Assembly: GCA_043812935.1 (NCBI GenBank)
Contig: JBDRLO010000059.1
Coordinates: 929-64,928 of the forward strand
Source: Candidatus Omnitrophota bacterium
Lineage (GTDB): Bacteria > Omnitrophota > Gorgyraeia > Tantalellales > Tantalellaceae
Direction: 5' to 3'
Length of the DNA stretch: 64,000 nt
Shown here: positions 9,684-19,210 of the stretch, piece by piece
Position numbering within the stretch: position 1 is the stretch's first letter
Layout: every line of letters begins with the position of its first letter
Position numbers and translations under genes: made by a program
The notes under the pieces: generated by a model
The model's input: only the letters and a program-made list of their open reading frames with translations
What the model was told of the DNA's origin: nothing
The model's database searches: none

Positions 9684-10124
9684 TTACGGTTCATAGATTT
9701 TATCCAATGCCTCGTGAACAGCTGTCACAGTAGCTATAAATATCTGGACTTTCTTCTTGGTTATCATCTCAATATCTTCTATGGCTTTATCATTAAGAGG
9801 GTTTGACATTGCTATTGTAAGTATGTTTCCAATAATATCAAGAGGCACAATACAATATTGTCTGGCAACATTTTCGGGCACTATGTCGCCCATTTCTTTT
9901 TTTAATTCATAGTTTTCCAAAGGAAGATAAGGAAATCCGCATTGGACTGTTAAGGCCTGGACTATTTCCCGTTCACTTACATATCCAAGTTTAATCAAAA
10001 TTTCGCCTAAAAGGCCGCCCTCTCTTTTTTGCAAATCAAGCGCCATTTTTAGTTGTTCTTTTGAAATAACATTATTTCTTTGCAAAATCTGGCCTAATTT
10101 TTCCCATACACGTTTTTCCGTCAC
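9684..10124 (-). CDS. Stand-alone T2SSE_N / MshEN domain protein (putative c-di-GMP receptor)
   Basis: 146 aa. Two 24-residue MshEN-type motifs (KLGQILQRNNVISKEQLKMALDLQ and LLGEILIKLGYVSEREIVQALTVQ) separated by exactly 5 residues (KREGG). GTG start with AAGGAG 6 nt upstream. Confidence 0.8.
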   Translation of the reverse strand: MTEKRVWEKLGQILQRNNVISKEQLKMALDLQKREGGLLGEILIKLGYVSEREIVQALTVQCGFPYLPLENYELKKEMGDIVPENVARQYCIVPLDIIGNILTIAMSNPLNDKAIEDIEMITKKKVQIFIATVTAVHEALDKIYEP

Positions 10125-10141
10125 TTCTGCTCCTTATTCAT

Positions 10142-10200
10142 GGGGTCAGACCTCGAAAATCGAAAATACATTGTATTTTCGATTTTCGAGGTCTGGCCCC
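10142..10200. repeat. 59-nt near-perfect palindrome (29-nt arms) between pilT and the MshEN gene
   Basis: ggggtcagacctcgaaaatcgaaaataca t tgtattttcgattttcgaggtctggcccc. 28 of 29 positions are complementary; the exception is T10146/G10196. Confidence 0.9.
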
Positions 10201-10207
10201 ATTTATT

Positions 10208-11269
10208 CTATCCAATCAATTTCAATAACTCTTCCACATCTGATGACCTGGATAATACCTCATCATATGACACAAGTTTTTTACGGTAAAGTTCCGATAG
10301 TGCCTGATTCATTGTACGCATCCCATATTTTTGAGATGTCTGTATAATTGAATATATTTGATGTTCTTTTGCATCGCGAATCATACTCTTTACTGCCGGT
10401 GTTGATATCAGAATCTCCGCTGCCAATACCCTGCCTTTTTGGTCCATTCGTGGTATAAGCTGCTGAGAAAGTATCCCGACTAAAACAAACGAAAGCTGTG
10501 TCCGTATCTGACTCTGCTGATGAGCCGGAAAAACATCAACAATACGATTTATAGTCTGAATACTGTCCGATGTATGCAAAGTCCCTAGAACCAAATGACC
10601 GGTATCCGCAATTATCATTGCCTGCTGTATCGTTTCCAAATCCCTTAACTCACCTATAAGGATTACATCAGGATCCTGCCGGAGAACATGCCGTAAAGCT
10701 TCCGAAAAAGAAAAAGTGTCATCCATCAATTGCCGCTGATCAATAATAGCTTTCTTGTTTTTATGCACAAATTCTATGGGATCCTCCACCGTAACAATAT
10801 GACAATCACGGTTATTATTAATTTCATCCACCATGGCCGCTAAAGTAGTTGATTTCCCGCTTCCCGTAGCCCCGGTTACTAAAACCAAGCCTCTTTGTGC
10901 GTTACAAAAACTTCTTACAACATCCACAGGTAATCCGCACTCATCTAAAGTCATGATATTAAGCGGAATCAGTCGAACCGCACATCCGACATTATTCCTC
11001 TGAAGAAAAACATTGCACCTGTACCGGGCCACACCTTCTATTGCTATTGAGAAATCAAGTTCTTTTTCTTTTTCAAATTTTTCAATTTGTGCGTCTGTCA
11101 TCAACTCATATATATTTGCTTTAGCTTCCGCGGGAGACAATGTTTTATCCTCAATATTCACCAGCCTGTCATCTATGCGGTAATGCATAACTGAATTCGC
11201 TCCTATATGAAGATCTGAGGCATTTTTCTCCGGCATTTCTTTTAGTATTTTTTGTATGTCTTCTCTCAT
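10208..11269 (-). CDS. pilT: Twitching-motility retraction ATPase PilT
   Basis: Walker A GATGSGKST and PilT-type C-terminus (AVKSMIRDAKEHQI, GMRTMNQAL). Start moved to the internal ATG (MREDIQKILKEM) with GGAG upstream; the track ORF starts at a GTG inside the repeat-filled spacer. Confidence 0.9.
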   Translation of the reverse strand: MREDIQKILKEMPEKNASDLHIGANSVMHYRIDDRLVNIEDKTLSPAEAKANIYELMTDAQIEKFEKEKELDFSIAIEGVARYRCNVFLQRNNVGCAVRLIPLNIMTLDECGLPVDVVRSFCNAQRGLVLVTGATGSGKSTTLAAMVDEINNNRDCHIVTVEDPIEFVHKNKKAIIDQRQLMDDTFSFSEALRHVLRQDPDVILIGELRDLETIQQAMIIADTGHLVLGTLHTSDSIQTINRIVDVFPAHQQSQIRTQLSFVLVGILSQQLIPRMDQKGRVLAAEILISTPAVKSMIRDAKEHQIYSIIQTSQKYGMRTMNQALSELYRKKLVSYDEVLSRSSDVEELLKLIG

Positions 11270-11290
11270 TTTATCAACTCCATAATTATG

Positions 11291-11318
11291 TGTACGCGTT
11301 TCACGCTGCACGTTTTAT
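11291..11318. repeat. Heptad tract, 4 units (tgtacgc gtttcac gctgcac gttttat)
   Basis: Read directly. Same GTTNCAC family as 28359-28414 and 41601-41663. Lies in the spacer upstream of pilT. Confidence 0.7.
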
Positions 11319-11331
11319 GCATACCCTAAAA

Positions 11332-11349
11332 CAGGTAGCATGCTACCTG
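11332..11349. repeat. 18-nt perfect palindrome caggtagcatgctacctg (GCATGC centre)
   Basis: Self-complementary by inspection. Lies in the GGDEF-pilT spacer. Confidence 0.85.
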
Positions 11350-11364
11350 CAACGTGTTACGCTC

Positions 11365-12783
11365 TTATCCCTCACCCAACACTTTGTTTTTCCCGCTTTT
11401 TTTCGCTGTATCCGCGTAATGTCGGGCTTTCTTTATAATGTCTTTACCATTAACACCGTCAATAGGGTTTTCACTTACTCCGATACTCACCGTAATTCGA
11501 TCATCTTGTGATGAAGAAATTTTCATAGTTTCAATTTTTTTTCGTATTTCCTCGGCCATTTCAAGACTCTCTCTCTTATTTATTTCCGGTAAAAGAATCC
11601 CGAATTCACCATCATCAGAACGCGCGATTTTACCTACTGAGGGAATAATCCCTCCAAGGAGTTTACCCACCTGCCTTAAAACCTGCTTTGTCTTTTCTTC
11701 TCCATAATAATTGGCATACTCATCGAAATCATCTATTTCAACCATAATCAGAGAACAAGGCCTTTGGTAATAAACAGCTCTATTAATTTCATCATTTAAA
11801 CGTTCTTCAAGATACGATAACGTATAAAGCCCCGTAATGTTATCAACAATTTCTAAGCTTTTTACTTTTTTAAACACCTGCGCGCTTTGATAAGCTAACC
11901 CGATTTCCTTCTCAAAAGCTCTAAGCATATCCACTTGTTCATCCTCAAACACGGTTCCTTTGGTAAAACTTCCCAGCACAATAATTCCTACAATATTTTC
12001 TGATATCTTTATCGGGAAAAATATTAAGTTCATATTCCCTAATTCATCCTTCATTTCCTTTTGCCACGGTTTCTTTAAAGCCTGTGAATCTATTGCAATA
12101 TATTCTTCTTCAATTAAAAATTTTTCAACTGACAACATATGCTCTTCAAGCTTTTTTGCCTGTAAATCTTGGCCTGAATTGTTATGTACCGCTTTTAAAA
12201 CATATTTTGATGAATCTTCCTTAATAAAAACCGCAGAAAACCCGCCATATATCTCATTTGCTATCTTATCAGCGGCAAAATCCGAAATTTCACTGAATTC
12301 ATTACCCGCGCTTATCAGATCTCCCAACTGCATTAAGTTAGTCAAAGTAAGCACTTTCTTGTGTATCTGAAGATTTAAAGATGCTGTTTTCTCGCTGTAT
12401 TCCTGTAATTCTCCAATATAATTACGGATTTTCGATGTCATGGTGTTAACCGCGTTCGCTATATCGCCTAATTCGTCATCTCGATTAATTATAACTTTCG
12501 AATCGTAACGTCCATTAGCAATATTTTTTGCTTCCACTGCTAATCCGATAATAGGAACAATTATTCTTTTTGCAAGCATATATCCGGCAGCCGCGAGCCA
12601 CAAAGCAAAAACCACAATAAGAGTAGCCTGGAATATCCGTTCCGGAGCATCAAAAACATAATTAGTAAGTATATATGCCAACACTAAAAAAGGTATAATT
12701 GACATAAGCGAAACAGCCACCAACAGTTTATACCTTACTCCTTTTCGAGCTGATCCTGAATTTGTTTCTTTAGGTTTCGCCAC
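11365..12783 (-). CDS. Membrane sensor with HAMP, GAF-like and degenerate GGDEF domains
   Basis: 472 aa. TM segments at the N-terminus, HAMP-like DELGDIANAVNTMTSKIRNYIGEL. The GGDEF-fold C-terminus reads ARSDDGEFGILLP where ARYGGDEFAILLP is expected. GTG start with GGGAGGTG upstream. Confidence 0.85.
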   Translation of the reverse strand: MAKPKETNSGSARKGVRYKLLVAVSLMSIIPFLVLAYILTNYVFDAPERIFQATLIVVFALWLAAAGYMLAKRIIVPIIGLAVEAKNIANGRYDSKVIINRDDELGDIANAVNTMTSKIRNYIGELQEYSEKTASLNLQIHKKVLTLTNLMQLGDLISAGNEFSEISDFAADKIANEIYGGFSAVFIKEDSSKYVLKAVHNNSGQDLQAKKLEEHMLSVEKFLIEEEYIAIDSQALKKPWQKEMKDELGNMNLIFFPIKISENIVGIIVLGSFTKGTVFEDEQVDMLRAFEKEIGLAYQSAQVFKKVKSLEIVDNITGLYTLSYLEERLNDEINRAVYYQRPCSLIMVEIDDFDEYANYYGEEKTKQVLRQVGKLLGGIIPSVGKIARSDDGEFGILLPEINKRESLEMAEEIRKKIETMKISSSQDDRITVSIGVSENPIDGVNGKDIIKKARHYADTAKKSGKNKVLGEG

Positions 12784-12854
12784 AAAACACCTCCCTCTAA
12801 CGATTATAGAAATGTCTTATATATAAATAGATATAATTAATAATAGACTATACA

Positions 12855-12883
12855 AATATACATTACACCTTCTGGAAAGTCAA
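12855..12883 (-). promoter_or_regulatory. Candidate sigma70-type promoter of the GGDEF-pilus operon
   Basis: Minus strand TTGACT (12883-12878), 17-nt spacer, TATATT (12860-12855), inside a 200-nt AT-rich gap. Confidence 0.4.
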
Positions 12884-12983
12884 AATGGAAAACTAAAATT
12901 AAAATCTGAATTTATAAGTTGCCCCTAATAAAACCGGCGTATAACAAAATTTTTATCAGATGGACATGAGAAGATTATACGTT

Positions 12984-14727
12984 TTAAAAACCGCTGTTTT
13001 TAAACTCCTTCCGTAGATATTCTTCATTCCGTTCAATTTTTATATGCGCCCATGGCAATACATCATTTAAAGAATACCTGCCGCACGCATACTCATAAAT
13101 ATTAATTCCATTTTGCTCAAACGCGTCTTCCCAAATTTTAAAACTAAAAAATTCCGTCCAACCGTCCATTTTGGCTCCCTTAAGCCAGGCTTCATATATA
13201 ACATCTGAAATTTTCCTGTTTCCGCGAGCTAAACAAGCTTCCACTATTGATTGATCAATATTATGAAATTCAAACTTAACCTTTTTTGACGAACTTGCCG
13301 TTAATTTGCGTCGTATTTTTAACAAACTTTCTTTATCACCCATTCCAAGCCATTGTAAAGCAGTATGCGGTTTTGGGATAAAAGCGTTAACGCTGACTTT
13401 TACTTCCGCGCTCTTTGAAGCTACCCTTTTTCTTAAAATAGAAAGTTTTTGGGCTATCTCTATGATTTTGTCAACTTCATCCTCATACTCGCCGGGAAAC
13501 CCAACCATAAAGTATAATTTCATTCTCTGCCATCCATGTTTAAATGCCATTTCCGCTGATTTACAAAAAACCTGCAAATCAATTTTTTTCCCCAAAGACT
13601 TCCTCAACCCGTCATCCGCGCTTTCTAGCGCGAATGTCAAACCAGTTTTTCGAATTGCGGCTATCATTTCCGGAAGTTCATAGAACGCTTCATCGACTCT
13701 CAATGAGGGGATAGAAACCCCGACACCTTCACCCTTGAAATCACTATTTAAACCGGAAATTACATCTTTCAAATATGGGTAATTAATGCTTGAAAGAGAC
13801 AAAAGCGCGATATTTTCATAACCCGTATTTTTGTAGGTATCCCTGCATATTTTCCGTATTTTACCAGGAGTTTTAATTCTTACCGGATAGTTTATGCTAC
13901 TTGCTTGGCAAAAACGGCACTGGTTAGGACAACCCCGCATAATTTCAACTACCATACGATCATGGATTATTTTCACAAAAGGAACTATTTGTTTCGCGGG
14001 ATAATAACTCTCTTCAAAGTTTTTAACTGATACTTTTTTTATTACACACGGCACATCTTCTGAAACAGGTTCTAACCCCGAAAATTTATTATCACAATAC
14101 TTTTCCTCATAAAGAGCAGGAACATATACCCCTTCTAATCCCGAAAAGGATTTTATAAGTTCTTTTCTGTTTAAACCCTTTTTTTTAAGCTTTTTGTATC
14201 TGTCTACAAACTTTAAAGAAGATTCCTCTCCGTCTCCGACAATAAACACATCAATGAACCTGCTCATTGGTTCGGGATTATAACAACACGCCCCTCCCGC
14301 TATAACCAAAGGTTCCTCTTGGCTGCGTTTCTCCGATAAAACCGTTATTCCGCCGGCTCGCAACATATCTAAAACATTGGTGTATGTAAGTTCGTATGAA
14401 AGGGAAAAACCAACTATGTCAAACTCACTCATATTTTTTTTTTGATTCAAGGCTAAAAAGTTTTTTACCTGCTCTATCTAACTCCTGCTTCATGTCTTCA
14501 TACGGCATAAAAACACGTTCACAAAGAATATCGTCCTGTTCATTAAGCAGATGATATAAAATACGCAGGCCTAAATAACTCATGCCGACTTCATATACAT
14601 CCGGATATGCCAAAAGAACCGCCACTTTATTATCCGAAAAATCTTTACACACACTATTAATTTCTCCGCCTAAATAACGTCCGGGTTTTTGAACCCTATC
14701 TAATATTTTTTTAATATCTTTTTCCAC
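12984..14727 (-). pseudogene. TIGR03960-type B12-binding-domain radical SAM protein, split by a frameshift in an A10 run
   Basis: ORFs 14425-14727 (...GRYLGGEINS...AYPDVYEVGMSYLGLRILY...LFSLESKKKYE*) and 12984-14450 (...KKNMSEFDIVGFSLSYELTYTNVLDML...CPNQCRFCQ) overlap at T10 14434-14443. Removing one A joins them into about 585 aa. Confidence 0.75.
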
Positions 14728-14774
14728 AAGCCGCCTTTCCTTGTTATGTCCTGCATATCAAAAATTCATTGTTT

Positions 14775-15866
14775 TCACTCGATCCTCCGGCTTATACTAA
14801 GCAAAAGTCCCACACCCATAAGCGTCACTATTGTATTTGATCCCCCATAAGTTATTGCCGGAAGAGGAAGCCCCACTACCGGCATAAATCCGATTGTCAT
14901 GGCAATATTCACAAAAACCTGAAACGATATCAGCATTACAACACCAACAGCAATAGCTTTTCCCTGTATATCGGTGCTATTTGAAGCGATACGTATTCCC
15001 CTCATAATAATAACCGCATATACCCCCACCAAAGCAAGCGCCCCGACAAAACCCCATTCTTCGCCAATAACGGAAAAAATGAAATCCGTGTGCCGTTCCG
15101 GAAGAAATTTTAAATAACTTTGACTTCCACATAACCATCCTTTTCCAAACATTCCGCCCGAACCAACCGCTATTTTTGACTGGATTATAGTATATCCCGC
15201 TCCTAATGGATCCAGATTAGGATTCATAAAAACCATAAGCCTGTTTTTCTGGTAATCTTTTAAAAATGCCCAAAAGAATGGAAGGCTTACAAGCCCTGCC
15301 GCAATATTCCAAAATATGTATTTTACTTTTGCCCCGCATATAAAAAGTACGGAAAAGAGAATTGGAAAAAGAACAAACGCGGTTCCTAAATCCGGCTGAA
15401 GAAAGATTAAAACAACCGCCGGCATAATTAAAATAATGGAATTTACGTAAGTTTTTAGAGTGCCTATCTTTTCACGTCTTTCCCCTAAGAACACTGCCAA
15501 CACCAATATTATTGTTATTTTAATAAATTCCGAAGGCTGTAATGAAACAGGCCCAAGAGTTATCCACCGGCGCGCGCCATAACGTTCTCCGCCAAATACC
15601 AAAAGAAAAACAAGAGCCGCAAGATTAAAAATATATATTATATAAACATAATTCAAAATTTTTAAGTAATCCATCCTTGCCAATATAATAAGAAAAACTA
15701 AACCTATAAGCACCCACACAGCCTGTTTTATCACCAATGAATCCAAACCATGCCCGTCATTCTGCCAATCCCATGTAGCACTATGTACAAAAAAAACACC
15801 TAGAAAGGCTATTAATACCGCCGCGAATAATAAAACCTTATCCACACGTCCTTTGGCCGCTCTCAT
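14775..15866 (-). CDS. rodA: SEDS peptidoglycan polymerase RodA
   Basis: 363 aa polytopic FtsW/RodA/SpoVE family protein, next to PBP2 and mreBCD. Confidence 0.9.
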   Translation of the reverse strand: MRAAKGRVDKVLLFAAVLIAFLGVFFVHSATWDWQNDGHGLDSLVIKQAVWVLIGLVFLIILARMDYLKILNYVYIIYIFNLAALVFLLVFGGERYGARRWITLGPVSLQPSEFIKITIILVLAVFLGERREKIGTLKTYVNSIILIMPAVVLIFLQPDLGTAFVLFPILFSVLFICGAKVKYIFWNIAAGLVSLPFFWAFLKDYQKNRLMVFMNPNLDPLGAGYTIIQSKIAVGSGGMFGKGWLCGSQSYLKFLPERHTDFIFSVIGEEWGFVGALALVGVYAVIIMRGIRIASNSTDIQGKAIAVGVVMLISFQVFVNIAMTIGFMPVVGLPLPAITYGGSNTIVTLMGVGLLLSISRRIE

Positions 15867-15973
15867 AATATCATACCTCTTACTTTTCTCTCGATTTTAC
15901 CGTTTAAAAATTCTTTCAAAATTGCTGCATAGTATAAAGTTTATATATATTCAAACTTCTGCTGAAAACTTCA

Positions 15974-17692
15974 TTAAATAATGCCCAACTCTTTTGCCTT
16001 TTTAAAAACCTCACCGGATGTTTTTGCGGCATAATACCCGCCTTTGCCGCCAAATTCATCAAATACCACTACTGTCAGTTTTGCTTCAGAAAATGGAGCA
16101 AAACCCGCAAACCAGCCATGATTTTTGTGTCTTGATGTTTGCGCGGTCCCGGTTTTTCCGGCAACTATAAAATCTTTTTGCTTCGCTTTAAAACCTGTTC
16201 CCCGGTACCCGTTAACTACTTCTTTTAATCCTTCTCTTATATTGGAAACTGTTTTAGGAGAAATGTCCAAAAAAACTTTTTCGCCACTGTTCACATGAAC
16301 ATCATCTACGCGTTCAACAACATAAGGCTTCACTAAATACCCTCCATTCGCAAATACAGACATCATACGCGCAACCTGGATAGGTGAAGTTAAAAGATAA
16401 CCTTGTCCAATTGAATAATTTACGGTATCACCCTTATACCATTTTTTATTCATATTTTTACGTTTCCACTCGGATGAAGGCAATGTTCCATTACGTTCTC
16501 CGGGAAGATCTATTCCGGAAAAAGAGCCAAACCCAAACTTTCCGGCAAATTCAGATATTTTATCCGCCCCTGCAAGAAGTCCCATTTTAAAAAAATAAAC
16601 ATTGCATGAATTTTTTAAAGCGTCCTGTAAAACCTGGTCACCATGCCCATTCTCCCGCCAACACGCGAAAGAAGTTTTGCCCAGAGTAAAACTTCCCGGG
16701 CAATTAACAACTGTCTCTGTCGTTGCTTTGGATCCCTCTAAAACACTTACAGCAGTTATTGTTTTAAATACCGACCCGGGTGGATACACTCCGGAAATAG
16801 CCCTGTTAAGTAGAGGATACTCGTGATCAGACAACACACTTTTTATTTTTTTTCTCTTTTCCTTATCAATAAAAATTTCCGGATCATAAGCCGGCGAGCT
16901 TGCCATTGCTAAAACAGCTCCAGACGACGGATCCATTGCCACAATAGCTCCTTTTCTGCCGTCCATTAAATTTTCGCAGTATTTTTGCAAATCCAGATCA
17001 ATAGTCAAATAAATATCCCTGCCGGGAAGAGGTTCCCGGAAACCTAATGTAGCTGTCTCTCTGCCTCTATGATCAACTTCTATTTGTTTTCCACCGTGTT
17101 TTCCCCTTAAATAATCATCATAATATTTTTCAACCCCGTCCCTGCCGACAAAATCGTTTATCCTATACCCGTAATGTTTTAATTTATTCAATTCCGAACG
17201 GTTAATAAGCCCCACATATCCCAATATATGCGAAGCTGTTTCCTCATACTTATATTTACGTTTTGCTGAAACTTGAAGAACCAAATCAGGATGATTCATC
17301 CCAAGTTCTTCCATATGCACGGTTTTTTCCATTCCAATATCCTCAACGATACAAACTGGAGAATACGGGGTTTTCCTGCTTTCTTTTATTCTCGCGATCA
17401 TCTTATCGTTCGGTATTTCAAAAATTGAATTTAACTCCGTGGCTAAAGCGTTTACATCTTTTATCCGGTAATATATAACTGACACATTGAACGCTAATAT
17501 GTCTTCAACCAACACTCTGCCTTTTCTGTCCAGAATACTGCCTCTCGGTGCCATTAAAGGCAGCACTTTAAGCCGGTTTCCTTCAGACATTACTCTATAT
17601 CTTTCATGAATACCTATCTGCAGATATGCTACTCCTGACAAAAGTACTACCATAGCAATAACTAATATTAGACTAAAAATACCTATCCGCAT
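15974..17692 (-). CDS. mrdA: Penicillin-binding protein 2 (elongasome transpeptidase)
   Basis: 572 aa. N-terminal TM, SVFK (SxxK), SCN (SxN) and KTGT motifs. Located between mreD and rodA. Confidence 0.9.
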   Translation of the reverse strand: MRIGIFSLILVIAMVVLLSGVAYLQIGIHERYRVMSEGNRLKVLPLMAPRGSILDRKGRVLVEDILAFNVSVIYYRIKDVNALATELNSIFEIPNDKMIARIKESRKTPYSPVCIVEDIGMEKTVHMEELGMNHPDLVLQVSAKRKYKYEETASHILGYVGLINRSELNKLKHYGYRINDFVGRDGVEKYYDDYLRGKHGGKQIEVDHRGRETATLGFREPLPGRDIYLTIDLDLQKYCENLMDGRKGAIVAMDPSSGAVLAMASSPAYDPEIFIDKEKRKKIKSVLSDHEYPLLNRAISGVYPPGSVFKTITAVSVLEGSKATTETVVNCPGSFTLGKTSFACWRENGHGDQVLQDALKNSCNVYFFKMGLLAGADKISEFAGKFGFGSFSGIDLPGERNGTLPSSEWKRKNMNKKWYKGDTVNYSIGQGYLLTSPIQVARMMSVFANGGYLVKPYVVERVDDVHVNSGEKVFLDISPKTVSNIREGLKEVVNGYRGTGFKAKQKDFIVAGKTGTAQTSRHKNHGWFAGFAPFSEAKLTVVVFDEFGGKGGYYAAKTSGEVFKKAKELGII

Positions 17693-17767
17693 ATTTGTAT
17701 CCGCAATTTAATTTTATTAACGTATTTAGTTTCCATTATTTGACCACAAAAGAAAAAAGATTCTTAA

Positions 17768-18256
17768 CTACTCCTTTATCCTTAAAACAATCTTCAAAAA
17801 CATAAAAAAAATCGGAGAAAACAAAACAGTAACAACAACTTGCTTCCAATTAGCCGATACCGGCAAAACTAATTCAAGAGTATTATGCAAAACAACATTA
17901 AAATAACAAGTCTGCAGACCAATTACCAAAATAATAACCGCAAATGAAATTAAACTTTGTACGGCAAAATTTTGTTTATAAAACATTTTTGCCAATAGCG
18001 CAGAGGCTAAAGCGCTGATAGGAAAAATAATAATACCCGGAATCATCATGTCGACCGAAAAACACGCGCTGAAAAATCCAGCCGTAATCCCAAAAATTAC
18101 CGCGTCAAAAACATCAAGAAAAATACCCGCAAAAACTACCATAAGTAAAATAATATCCGGAAACCATAAAACACGGCGCATTAAAAAAACCTGAACAAAA
18201 ATACAGCTCAACATGCTTATGTATAATGCCAAATTTTTTTTCATTTCTTGTCCCAT
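17768..18256 (-). CDS. mreD: Rod shape-determining protein MreD
   Basis: Small polytopic membrane protein directly after mreC. True start may be the internal MKKNLALY (18244). Confidence 0.75.
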   Translation of the reverse strand: MGQEMKKNLALYISMLSCIFVQVFLMRRVLWFPDIILLMVVFAGIFLDVFDAVIFGITAGFFSACFSVDMMIPGIIIFPISALASALLAKMFYKQNFAVQSLISFAVIILVIGLQTCYFNVVLHNTLELVLPVSANWKQVVVTVLFSPIFFMFLKIVLRIKE

Positions 18257-18308
18257 TTTTCAGCTCATTTAAGCACAGCTGTCCGATAAAAATAACTTTT
18301 TTATTGTT

Positions 18309-18336
18309 GTAAAGGCCAGGCATGCCTGGCCTTTAC
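18309..18336. repeat. 28-nt perfect GC-rich palindrome gtaaaggccaggcatgcctggcctttac between mreC and mreD
   Basis: Self-complementary by inspection (12-bp stem plus CATG loop). Confidence 0.85.
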
Positions 18337-18395
18337 GGTTTCTGTCGTCTTCTTCCTCAAAACACGTAAGCTGCCGCACATAACATGTGGCACAA

Positions 18396-19172
18396 CTATT
18401 TTATGCACAAAACTTCTTCCTGATCGAAAGGATTTGCGGAAGGTTTAATAATCGCGTATTTATATAAACCGTTTTTACTCTTGCCTGCAAACTCTATTGT
18501 TCCTATTGTTATGCCTTTTGGAAATATTTTACTATATTCTGAAGTCGTAACTATGTCACCTTTTTTCACTTCCGCGTCTATTGGAAGATAGAGCATTTTC
18601 ACTATACCATTACCTGCTCCCATGACAATTGCGTTAATCCGCGCTTTTTTCAAAATACCACCGGCTCGAAAACTTGGATGGGTTATCAACATTACGGAAC
18701 TCGTCTGCTGTCCGGGTTCTATAACTTTCCCCAATAACCCATCGGCCGAACAAACCGCGGAATCTTTTAATACTCCATCCACGACTCCTTTATCAATCAT
18801 AAAAGATGCCATCCACTTGCTGGGATCCCGAGCTATAACTTCCGCTGAGATTGTATCAAATTTTATGTTTTCTTTAAAATTCAAAAGTTTACGCAGACGA
18901 ATATTTTCATCTCGCAGTTCTTTAAAGCGTTCTATGTGAAGAGAAAGTTGCTTAACTTTGTCAGTTAAAAACGTATTTTTTTCATAAAGATCTTTTTTAG
19001 AATGAAAATATCCGCCGGTTTTAGAATAAAGTTTTATGGGAAAAGAAATAACTGCTATGGAAAAATTTTTTACGTTCAGGAAAAATGAAGGGATAAAAAT
19101 GAAAAGCAAAATCAGGCCGCTAAGCCAAATAACTAATAATCTGTTTCTTTTTTTTGAAAAAAATCTATACAC
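18396..19172 (-). CDS. mreC: Rod shape-determining protein MreC
   Basis: 258 aa. N-terminal TM, coiled-coil, beta-rich C-terminal domain. Located between mreB and mreD. Confidence 0.85.
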   Translation of the reverse strand: MYRFFSKKRNRLLVIWLSGLILLFIFIPSFFLNVKNFSIAVISFPIKLYSKTGGYFHSKKDLYEKNTFLTDKVKQLSLHIERFKELRDENIRLRKLLNFKENIKFDTISAEVIARDPSKWMASFMIDKGVVDGVLKDSAVCSADGLLGKVIEPGQQTSSVMLITHPSFRAGGILKKARINAIVMGAGNGIVKMLYLPIDAEVKKGDIVTTSEYSKIFPKGITIGTIEFAGKSKNGLYKYAIIKPSANPFDQEEVLCIK

Positions 19173-19210
19173 ATTGAAAAACTACCGTTTATTTATTGAA
19201 AATTTACCAT

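Noticed and set aside
18114-18323. A 69-aa minus-strand ORF spanning the mreC-mreD spacer.
   Set aside because: It overlaps mreD out of frame and begins inside the 28-nt palindrome. No SD is present.
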